From NCBI GenBank assembly GCA_040954595.2, contig CM082591.2:5239009-5303008 (forward strand): 64,000 nt of DNA. Direction: 5' to 3'. Origin of the DNA: Balanoglossus misakiensis. Taxonomy: Eukaryota; Animalia; Hemichordata. Both the position numbers and the translations under genes were made by a program. This document shows, in pieces, positions 13,523 to 24,923 of the stretch. Each line of letters starts with the position of its first letter. The first letter of the stretch is position 1. The notes below the pieces were generated by a model that ran no database searches, was not told the origin of the DNA, and saw nothing but the letters and a program-made list of their open reading frames with translations.

Positions 13523-16307
13523 GTAAGTCCCCACTTCTCTTTGTTTGAACTCTTTGGTTTTTAAGCAATCGGTGCTTACTGGAGGCTTGTTGGTGCATCC
13601 AGACACCAAGATTTTAACTGGCGGAGAGATTCCTCAATTTGTCTGTGTTTTAGCTTTATAAAACTGACGATTCCCCACGACGTCGCTTTGTTGTGTTGAT
13701 TGTACGGCCATATGATTAGCAATGGTGTGACGTACACTGTAGAAACACAGTTCTCATTAAGAAAACTAGTGGTTGTCTGTTTCGTTCTGTGTTCACCAAC
13801 CTGCCCAATATTCCGGAGAAAGTTGCTAACCATTGCCCTGTCCTACGATGCGAGATATATTGTAGATCGCGTTTCAACGCTTCGTTCAACGGTTGCCGGT
13901 AGTTGGCATTCTTTTGTCTGCATAATCCCATTCAGAATCAAACGGTCCTACCAACGCCAAACGCGTTTCTGTCACCACAGTGAGTTTTTTATTCACCCCC
14001 AAAATGTATAACCACATATTGTGATGCGTGATTTGCCGTTAATGTCGGTACAAATATACGATTTTTAAATTCAGCGTTTGTGAACAGGATTCGGGATATT
14101 GTAGGGCTTCCGTGGTGACTGAGTCACTAACGAGTTTCAGTACACAAGAAATGTGCGTCATCCGCTTACGCAGGAGTCCCTCACCCACAATATATTTTTG
14201 CGATGTGCATACTACTTCCTGTGCGATCGCATTATGTACGCACAAAAATGCAATTAAGAAGGTCATCGCCCGTTTAGCGTTATTTCGTATACAAAAGAAA
14301 CCATAGTTTGGTGAAAGTTCAATATATTCTCCAGAATGACATAGTGTTGTGTAAGACCCGAAATTGACAAGAATGTATTTTCCTGTTGGGAACAGGGATT
14401 GTGATCTGATCATTTATTATGTGGCACGTTGATTTTGACAGCACAAGGGAAAACGAACATGGTCTAACATAGAAACTACTCCCTATTGTCTCTCGGAAAA
14501 TGTAATCAACATTGATATGTAAATTAGGCAATACTGTAAACATACTGAATATTCCTGGGGGGAGAACAATGCAACCCCCATGGTTAGGTTTAACTTCATT
14601 ATTCTGAATGGTTGTCCTGGACCTCTTTAATTGAGAATGGAGGTGAAAGGGTTAATGGATGTGTAAATAAGTCATCACATGAAATAGAGCATTGTGTGAT
14701 TACCATAGTTCCCAGCACTTATTATCAAGTGACTGTAATCTTACTGGTAGGAAGATATGTATGTACTGTGATTATGTACATTGATTTTCCTGTTCAGTGG
14801 CTCTTGTAAATGCAACTGCTATATAAACAGCGAGTGTCAAGTTGCAATAATTACCACCGCTGATCTAGTTACTCGACCTTTCTTTTAAATAGTAAACAAG
14901 ATGTTTTGCTTGTCCTCACCATTCAAGGTCAGTCCGGCCTTGAGATAGGTGTGATGTCATGCACATCAAGGTGAAATAGCAACCTCATGTAGGTTTTCAA
15001 TATCTCAGTGTTTCTGATGATCGGTTGGCCTTTATGAATAATTAAGTCCCCTAGTCTGCAGTCATTGATATTTTTTTCAACATGTTTGCAGTCCAATTAA
15101 ATAATGGAGTGATTTGTGTTTATTAACGGCTGCCTTGATATATTATATATTTTTGTCACAAGTTCAGTGGTAATCAAGCAAAAAAATCTCCCCTTTTGAC
15201 TCCACAAGTACATGTTAATTTAATGCAGCATATGGTAATATGAATAATTTTTCTTTTAGTGTGGAAATAAAATTAATCTGTCAACCCCAATATTATCACA
15301 TCCTAACCAGTTTGTTTCTTGAATTACGCAGTCAGGACATATCATTACTCTTGTTGCTTATTTTAAACGGTGTTCAGCTGTTCACAGGTGTCACCATAAA
15401 AATAAAGCTGCATGTTTGAGTGACAGGTCTCTGCTTCAACATACTTGTTAATTACTACTAGCCAAATCTGCTGAATTAATTAATATCTGTGGGAAAATGG
15501 CTTCATACAATAGACTCAAGAATTTGCTTTTTATGCTGTGTTACTGCGGCTCGCGCAAGTCGGGTGTCAGTGTTGAAATATGTTTTAATCCCTAGTTAAC
15601 AGTTGATCAATTAAGGGGTGTATGATTTATATAATGAATCATGTGTGTGAAAAATGATGCATGAGATGTCAACTCTGAGAGTATACAGTATGATTCCTAT
15701 CTCTGTGAAAATGTTCAATTCTTAGATACTGTGTGTGTTGTGTATGTGTGTGTTTTCACACAAATCGTCTTATAAACATCCCTTATAATCAACAACCCTG
15801 AATGTGGTGTAGTGTACAAATTTATACATAAGTCACACACATATGGTTCATATAATATCATTTTTTACAATGAGTAATGCTTGGATGAACCAACTTTTCT
15901 GTCGTTTAGTGCCATCTGTGCTCGGAATACCATATTGTTGTATAGAATTTCTCTGGTTGGATAGTAGAGTACACCACAGTACCTGTGATTGCACATATAC
16001 ATTTCTTCTGCATAAAACTTGTCCATTATGAAATGCATTGCTTGGCTGGTATGATATGTTATGATAATGTTGCTATAATACTATTATATACAAAATGTAG
16101 TCTTGTTTGCCTGATGATAATGTTAACATAATGATAATGTATATCAGGATACAGTGTACTGCTAGAAACATTTCTAATGGCCTATGCTATTCTGGATAGT
16201 CAGGCTATGTTTATTGTAGCCACATGTGATCTGCTTGATAAGACAATATCAATCTCATTCACCATGATTTCTAATTATTTCCTAGTAATTTAGTAGGGAA
16301 TATGTCA

Positions 16308-16570
16308 TTGACAGTGACTGAAAATAGCATAATGTTGATTGACTTCGAGACTGTAACATACAGTGGAAGCTGCAACGTACATTCCGATGTTAATTTCATT
16401 CCCACCTCGAGTGATAGTACTGCGACTTACTTTCTGTATTTTGACAGTGCCTGAAAATAGCATATGTTGATTGACTTAAAAACTGCAACATACATGAAGC
16501 TGCAGCGTACATTCCGATGTGAATTTCATTCCCACCTCGAGTGATAGCACTGTGACTTACTTTCTCTATA
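16308..16570. repeat. ~133-bp diverged tandem duplication just upstream of the EIF4G2 start-codon exon
   Basis: TTGACAGTG(A/C)CTGAAAATAGCAT...CATTCCCACCTCGAGTGATAG...GACTTACTTTCT occurs twice (starts 16308 and 16441). Confidence 0.9.
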
Positions 16571-16655
16571 TATATATCTATATTTCTCCTGGCAGGATTT
16601 CTGGCTGTGTGATTAATCCACAGAAATCTGTTTGGTCAGTTCTACACAAAGCAAG

Positions 16656-19600
16656 GTGGAAGGCCCCAGAGTAGGCAGTGGTGCTTCTCGTAGTGCTGGG
16701 CCAAACACAGGTAGGCAACGGCAAGAGACACCACACAATAGCCAAACCACAAACTCCAAACAATACCTGCGATGGATTCCTCCCAGCACAGTTAAACGAG
16801 ATGTGTTCTCCACGAACGAGAAACAAGACAATACATTCAGACGTGTGCGTGGGTAAGTACAGTAGACAACTGTGTGTGTGTTACTATAAAACGTTATTTT
16901 TTTTCACAACAGGAAATTTTCGCGTTATCAAAATAGGCAACGGTTACGCGAGGATGAATTTTTCGCATTCTCATATTTCTCTGCATTAGTATCTCTGAAA
17001 AATGACTCCAAGCGTAGCTGATCATATTTTATAAAAAAAATATCATTCTGCATGGATAGGTACAATATTACACACCTAAGGCTATACATCATGCAGGCAT
17101 ATGTACTGTGTTGCCATGTCACCTCTGTGAATTATTCAACACGGTTGGCTTCCTGTGAGACTGTGAGCTAAATCAATTTGAATTCTAAATTCACTTGTTC
17201 ATGATAAAGAATTTTACCAGTAAAATTCCAGGAATCACACAAGGCTCTTTCACATGTTGTACTTTGCATGTTAATAGTGGGTACATTTGCATTTCTGAGG
17301 CAACATATTTCAGTGTTATCTTATTTATATTTTAATATATAATTTTTTTTTTGCAGTATACTTAATAAGTTAACACCAGAGAAGTTTGACAAGTTAAGTT
17401 TAGAGCTGCTCAATGTGGGAATAGATTCCAAACTAATACTCAAGGGGGTGATTTTGTTGGTAAGTATGTGACTGGCTATGATTATCACTGACCTTTGTAT
17501 ATATCGGAGTTTATTTCCAAGCTCATCTTTGTTTACTTGCACCAAATTTTGTTAAATTTATGAATTTTGATTTTTTGTTCTCAGGTTTTTGAGAAAGCTT
17601 TAGAAGAACCCAAATATAGCTCTACCTATGCACAGCTATGTAGACGACTATGTGAAGACGCGCCCAACTTTGAAACATCAGGCAGCTCAGGACCCTCTGT
17701 AAGTTCCCCACAGAAATGTTGTCATACACACGCACATACACACACAGACACACATACATACAGAAAGACAGTGGAATAAATGTAATGATTACATAAAAAT
17801 AGCTAGACATATTTTTTCTCACTTTCTTGAAGTTGAAGCAGTTCATGAAGCTTTAAACTTTGGTAATTTTAATATTATTAATATTAAAATTATATTATGA
17901 AATTATAATATTTTTTAACATCGTTATTTGTCTATAGACATTCCAGCGCCTTCTGATCGCTAAATGTCAAGATGAGTTTGAGAATCGATCCAGAGCCTTT
18001 GCAGGTAAGTCTCATAGCAGTGACCATACCCTTGTTGAGGTTTCTTCAGAAATTATGAAATAGTGCCCAAAGTGTGAAATCTCTCAGAATGTGATGCTGG
18101 TGGTCAAAGATATCTAAGGGTGAGACCTGTTTTTCTCCCTACACATTGATACAATGATGTTTGCTCACAATTTTTTTTTGTCCTCTGCAGCCTACGAGAA
18201 GGCAGGCCCTCTCACTTCTGAGGAGCAGGAACAAAAGCACATCGCCAAATCCAAGATGCTCGGCAATATCAAGTTCATGGGTGAGCTTATTTTCCTAAAC
18301 TTTTCAGGGAATATTGGTCCATGTCTGTATGGACATGAACAAACCTGTCTGGAAAAAAATAGCCTATAGCTGGAAAGAGTGGGATAAACAACAATTAATG
18401 ACAACCAGGAGCTATCTAACCCGTAACTGATGTATTTATAGTGTAAGTAAGTGCTTGCAAATTGACATATTTTTTCAAGTAACATATTTTTATTGTTTGT
18501 ATCTGTCAATAGGTGAACTTGGAAAACTGGATTTGCTGCATGAGTCTATATTACATAGGTGCATCAAGCAGGTAAGTTTAACTGTCCGGATCTCAAAGAG
18601 TGTATAAATGATGATATTCATTTATCTGATAATTATTCTGTGGGAGAATCTTTCATTTAACTCTCAAGGGGTGTATTTGGAAGTAGAAGGCTTTTATTTA
18701 TTTATTTTTATTTATTTATTTATTTATTTTTCAGTTACTGGAAAAGAAGAAAAACCAGCCTATCATCGACATGGGGGAAGATTTGGAATGCCTCTGTAAG
18801 ATAATGAGAACAGTCGGCCCTAGATTGGACACTGAAAAAGCCAAGGTATGTGCAGAAAATCGGTGATATTTCAGATATAAATATTACTGTGGCAGTGTCA
18901 TTTTCTACCAATTTTGTCTGAGTGGACGAGTTGACTTAACCTTTTCACCACCATGGTTTGATCCAAATCCATTGTTTCCCATGGTAAAGTTTGACCTCTA
19001 CAAATCTACACAGGGAACTGGGGCATGAAAGTGATAAGCAATGTGACCAAAAGAGTAACAGACAGAATCGTTTCCGCTTGACTGGGAAACCAGTCTGTAG
19101 AATCTAATGTCAAAAGACCAAGAGCTCTTACGTTGTATACATGTTCTATTTCCCAGGCACTCATGGACCAGTATTTTGTGCGTATGCAGCAACTAGCCAA
19201 CAACAATGAACTCCCTTCACGTATTAGATTTATGTTGGAAGACACACTTGAACTGAGAGCCCACAATGTGAGTCTTGACAATTATTTTAAACTTTGAAAA
19301 TCAATGTTTTGTGTGCCTCATTACTCAGAGCAGACCGAGTTATCTAGCTTGCTTGACAGGTGTAGGTCAATGCATCACGACTTTTGATATTTTATGAACC
19401 TTTTGTAACTTCAATATGCAGGAAGTGTAGTCAATTTCAGGAAATATTGCCAGGTGTTTGTACGTGATTTATCAAGTCAGTCGTACAAAACTCTTAACAG
19501 GAAATTTCTCTGGAAGTGTAGACAGTAAATTGTAAGATATTTATCACATTAAGAGCCATGTTTAGAGTTTTCTCTTTTTAACTTTGACCACATTTCGTTG

Positions 19601-22600
19601 CCTTTCAGTGGAGGCCACGTAAAGTGCTTGCAGATATGAGTCCGAGAACCATTGACCAAATTCGACAAGAGGCTGCAAAGGTATATAAATGCTGCACGTT
19701 GATGATTTTTGCCCTTTGTGGTCAGTCCAGAATATTGCCACATTGTTGAAATTGTCAAAACACAACAATGAGTGTTGTTGAGTGGGGGACTTGCCAAGCT
19801 TTTACATCATGTTCGCATACGAAGACTTACAGACTATAACTACTGTAAAATACTTAGTGTGAATTTTCAAAATTTTTGCTTCATTTTTGTTTGACCTTAA
19901 GTAAAACCTCATTTCATATCCTTATGCATTATACACAAATTTTGGGAATGCATAGCAACAGAGGTAAAGATTGTAAATTCACAGAATAAAAAAAAGGTCT
20001 ATAAAATATCAGACAGTTCAACACTTACATTGTGTTACCCCCTTCTTCAGGATTACGGCGTCTACATCCCGTACAGTGGAGCCAATGTCAAACACAAGAA
20101 TTTCTTCGGTGGCCCCTTTGATGAAATGGATGTGCTGAGACCTCAGAAGCGTGGTGGTGGACTGAGTGATGTGTTCATGCCCAGCATGGGTGAGTGGATT
20201 AACCCCTTTCAGTACCAATGGTTTAGTCCAAACCAATTGTTTTCTATGGTAAGGTTGGACCTCTGAAGTGGGAAGAAAGGGGTAGTGTCACATACAAACA
20301 TTTACCCTTTGAACTCTGTGACCCTATGATGATCTATGACACTAAAAGGGAAACCATGCCACGTTTATATCACAGGCTGTAATCCAGCAAAGTTACTCCA
20401 GACTTTGAAATAAAGCAGGCAGATTTCTTTCGTATGTTATTCAATTTATAACCTAAAGTTGAACAGGTATATATACAAAAGTAAGGTTCAACACATGAAA
20501 CATTTACAAGACTGGCAACATCTGTGAAAGAACTTTCGATTGTTTTAAAGACTTTCAAATCAAAGAGAAAAAGTGAAAACGAAAAATGACCTGTAGTCTT
20601 CTCATCAAATGGTAACAAAATGGTGAGATACAGGCTGACGAATTTTAAATCCAGTTTCTACTGTTGTCCTTCTACATACAGGCAGCACCATTGGAACAGG
20701 CCCAGGTGTTATTCAGGACAGTTTCAATGGCTACTCACCTCCACTGGGACGACCTCGAAGCCCTCGCGGGGATGCCAGGAACGCCAACGGAAGTAGCGCT
20801 CAAGGTAAGACGTACGAAGTATTCGTCTGAATTTTCCCCTAAGAAATGATCTGCCAAAATTCACCATTATCGAATGAATATGGCGTCATCCTTTTCAGAT
20901 ATTTTGCATCAAGCAAAATACTTAATACATGTACTACGATGTGGATCACTGAAACTTGAGATGTTTTAACAGAATTTGTTTGTCTCGCTCTCCCAGGTTA
21001 TCAGAACTACTCAAACCAGAAGGGCCAGTCCCAGAGACAGGACGGTAGCCAAGGCAACCACGGATACCAGAATCGCCAGGGTAACCAGCAGCGTGATATG
21101 CCCCCTAGGTTCATGAAGAAGGGACCGTTCTTGAACTCGGATGAGGTGTGTGTTTTAACAAGATTATTCCATGATTTTAACCAATGTTTTACAATTAAGA
21201 TCATTGCAAACAATGTGGTTGTTTCTTGGTACCACACTGTCCATCATTGCAAAGAATTCTTTGTTACTTTTTATCACATTTCCAAGTCACTTTGATATAA
21301 CATACATTGGTTGATAGGGTTTCCCTAAACAGTGGGAATAATATGGACGGCATGTTTGTAAACAGTAAAGTCGGACATGCGCAGTTCAGACGACCCTCCC
21401 CTTTTAACCCTATCACCCCGAGTTCCCTATCCAGAGGTCCAACCTTACCATAGAACCCAATGGATTTGGACTAAACCATTACGGCAAAAAGGTTAATTTC
21501 AGCCAATCTCTCCCCTCATTCGCCACCAGATAAGCCTGCGTCCCGCCAAGGATTCCATGGTACTGAAACCCCAGGCACCAAGCATGATGCCGGCCTCGGC
21601 CAGGCTCTCCACATCGCAGACTCACCAACCCGGTCTGTCGCAGTCGACGACGCCACAGCAGATGATCGTGCCACCACAGCACCAGAACCAACAGAGCTCA
21701 CCCAAGACTCAAGCCAGGCATGCACAAGGCGGAGACAAGGCCAAACAGGGTAAAAAGAAGATCCTATCCAAAGAAGAACTCCAGGAAATGACGGTGAGTT
21801 GCAAATTCTTTCACCCCCAGTTCCATCTTTAGAGGTCCAACCTTGCCACAGAATACAATGGATTTGGACTCAACCATTGTGGTGAATGGGTTAAATATTG
21901 AAAGCGACTTCAAAATTATTCAGTGCTAGATTGGAATATTGAAGTAGAGGTAGTGTTCTGCAAAGAAAATAGACCTTTATCTGATGGTGCTAGTCACTGG
22001 ACAAATGAGAATTTGTTTTGCTGTCACCCATAGCCTCATCTTGTGCCTAATATTCCCCTATATAGGTCTTACACTTTTGTACAATGCTGAATTGTTTATC
22101 AGCCTGCTATGTTCCCAGATGTTGCCTGTTCGAATCAATGAAATGATTTTGCACTCACGTCGAGGCATGTAATAATTGTAATATTTCTTGTCCGCAGAAA
22201 TCAATACTGAAGGAATTCTTCACTCAGAAGAACGTCAGCGACACCATCACCAGCATTAAAGGCATGAAGGCTCCCAAGAAGTACATGCCAATCCTGGTGT
22301 GTCAGATTCTGACCGAATCCCTGCAGAGAGACGAGCAACAGCGGGAATGTGCCAGTTTGCTGATCGGAGAAATGAAAGACAGTGGCATTATTGTTGACGA
22401 GCATTACGTAGAGGTAAGCCTATGTCCTGGTGTATGGGTTTGATGAGAACCCAACAGCAAGTTCAATATAGGCATGTTTCTCCAGATTAGACAGAGTTCA
22501 GTTTAGACAGGTTTTAATGTATATTAACCATAGCTCAGGCTACACTAGACCACATAAACAGTAGCACATGAGCTGCAACTTTTGGGATAATTATCATATT

Positions 22601-24923
22601 TTTTTTCAAACAGCACTACCTTTAGCCCATTATAAACTCTAAGTATTAAAAACTCAAGTATGATTGCATTTGCAAGTTTTAACCAGATAAATACTAAAGC
22701 TTTGCCGCAAAGGAATATGGAACACCACCGTCGGAAAATGCTAAATTCTAGTTGAGGAAAGTCACTGGACTGGCCACTGTAGACAGGCTAGACTGTATAA
22801 AGGCTACCTGTATTATAAAAGCTTGTTTAGGAAAGTCCCTTGACTGGCTACTGTACACGAGTTTCACTGTACATTTTGACTGTCACCTGCAGGGTTTCCA
22901 AGCAGTCCTGGAGAAGCTGCCCGACCTGGAAGTGGACACGCCGCTGGTCAAGTCCTACATCGCCACCGTGGCCGCCCGGGCCGTGGTGGACGAGACGGTG
23001 GCGCTGGCCGACCTGGCCGAGCTGCTGAAGAACGGCACGTGCTACCCGCTCTTCCTGCTCATCCTGCAGCAGGTGCGCAAGGTCAAGGACAAGCCGACGC
23101 TGGTGGCGCTCTTCAAGGCCAGCAAGGTGGACATGCTGACCATGTTGCCTGAGCTGGACCAGACCAAAGAACGCATGATGGAGATCTTGGAGGACAAGGT
23201 AAACAAAAAAAATCAACTTTGCTCTCAACATACCGCAGTTAGGAACAATAGCACAAGTGTATAAACTACAGTAAAACTCTAATTATCCGAACTGACAGGG
23301 GGACATTGATTTTGTTCGGATATGCAGACAGTTCGGTTATTCGGATAACGATCATATACAAAAGAACTGTTTGGGGGACATGACAGCAGTTCAGATAACC
23401 AAACAATTCGGATAATTGGAGTTCGGATAATTGGAGTTTTACTGTAATTTATGAAAATTACAAAACATCCTAATCAGTTTAGTTTCATCTTCATGACATA
23501 CTAACAGTTTCCGTGGTTATTGTTATGTTTCCATAGCAACTGAGTTTCCTGTACCCATTACTGAGAATGCAGTCAGACATATGGAAGCAGATGAAAACGG
23601 ATCCAAACGCATCCAGTCTGTACAAGTGGATCAAGGATACTGTGGACTCCTCGCTGCAAAGTGACCCAGAATTTGTTTTTGCTCTCACTACCAGGTAAGG
23701 TGTTATTTTTGCCTCAATTCTTGCTAACTTAAATAGGTTTATGCTACCTAAGTGAGTGATGAAAATCTCATATGGTCGACACAATTTCAAGATCCAGATA
23801 GCTGATTTTTTTCAGAAAAAGATGGCAAAATGTGAAAAAAGTGAAATGTGTTTAATATGCTAACTACAAAGACACTCATTTTTGATCGAAGCAAGTCATG
23901 ATATACCTGCACATAAGTTTGAAGTAGCTTGTGCCCCATGCAACGGTACAACAGAATACTGCACCGTGAAGCCCACTTGCAACATACATCAGTTCATCAA
24001 GGGGCATCACAACTCGGAACTGATCCACCCCTATTACAACATAAATTAATCCATCCTTGCCCCAATAAAAATAAGGAGAAACCATTGCCAGAAGGGAATA
24101 GGGATAGGTTAGGATCAAAGCCCATCTTACCACAACTTCTCTCTCTCTCCTTCTCAGTATACTGAAATATTGCACCATGGAAAGCACCCTAGCCGAAGGT
24201 GTTGACATCACAGCCATACCCGACAAACAAGTACAAGAGAAGGAGAAGGCAAGTCTAAACAGCCTGAAGCCCGTTCTGCAGGCATTCGTTCACGACCAGA
24301 TTCAGTTACAGTTGAGCGTCCTCTACGCCCTGCAGGCTTATTGCTACAACAACAACTTCCCCAAAGGTGAGTTTCCATGTTTTTGTGTACCTCACATCCC
24401 ATCTAGATTTCAGTGTTTTGAACATTATGCCAAAGATTTGTCTCTGCGTCGAGGTTTAACCCTTTCACCCCCAGTTCCCTCTTTAGAGGTCCACCTTACC
24501 ATAGAAAACAATGGGTTTGGACTGAACCATGGAGGTGAAAGGGTTAAGGCTCATTCATTCCCCCAGAATTACAGAATCATATGTTTTTCTTACGAAGACT
24601 GTCTCCCTGTCCCCCCCTCTCTCTCTCTTTCTCTCTCTCTCTTCTCTCTCTCTCTTCTCTCTCCCCCCCCCCCACCCCACCCCCTTATCTGTATAATTAT
24701 TTTGACCTCTCTCTCTCTTCGACAAAAAGGTCTGTTGCTGAGATTCTTTGTCAATTTCTACGACATGGAGATCGCGGAAGAAGAAGCCTTCCTCAAGTGG
24801 AGAGAGGACATCAACGACCAGTATCCCGGAAAAGGGAAATGCCTTTTCCAAGTCAACTCCTGGCTGACCTGGCTGGAGACTGCCGACGAAGAGGAAGAAT
24901 CAGATGACGAAGATGATGACTAG
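16656..24923 (+). CDS. EIF4G2: Eukaryotic translation initiation factor 4 gamma 2 (NAT1/DAP5/p97): MIF4G, MA3, W2 domains; GUG start
   Basis: Exons: 16596-16852 (CDS from GTG 16656), 17357-17459 (ILNKLTPEKFDKL), 17585-17698 (KALEEPKYSS), 17938-18004, 18191-18280, 18513-18571, 18735-18845, 19157-19267 (LPSRIRFML), 19609-19680, 20051-20189, 20682-20804, 20997-21145, 21530-21793 (ISLRPA), 22198-22413, 22893-23198, 23537-23694, 24158-24366, 24730-24923 (W2 end WLTWLETADEEEESD). All phases compatible. Confidence 0.95.
23267..23446. mobile_element. TA-flanked pogo/Tigger-like MITE
   Basis: TACAGTAAAACTCTAATTATCCGAACT...AGTTCGGATAATTGGAGTTTTACTGTA inverted ends with internal TTCGGATAA subrepeats. 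Confidence 0.75.

Noticed and set aside
18608-20380. Box C motifs ATGATGA at ~18608 and ~20327 in EIF4G2 introns
   Set aside because: No suitably placed terminal box D (CTGA) and no recognisable rRNA/tRNA guide; no SNORD97-like sequence seen.
22848-23231. 127-aa antisense ORF over the EIF4G2 GC-rich exon
   Set aside because: Expected by-product of G/C-ending codons removing antisense stops; no recognisable motif.
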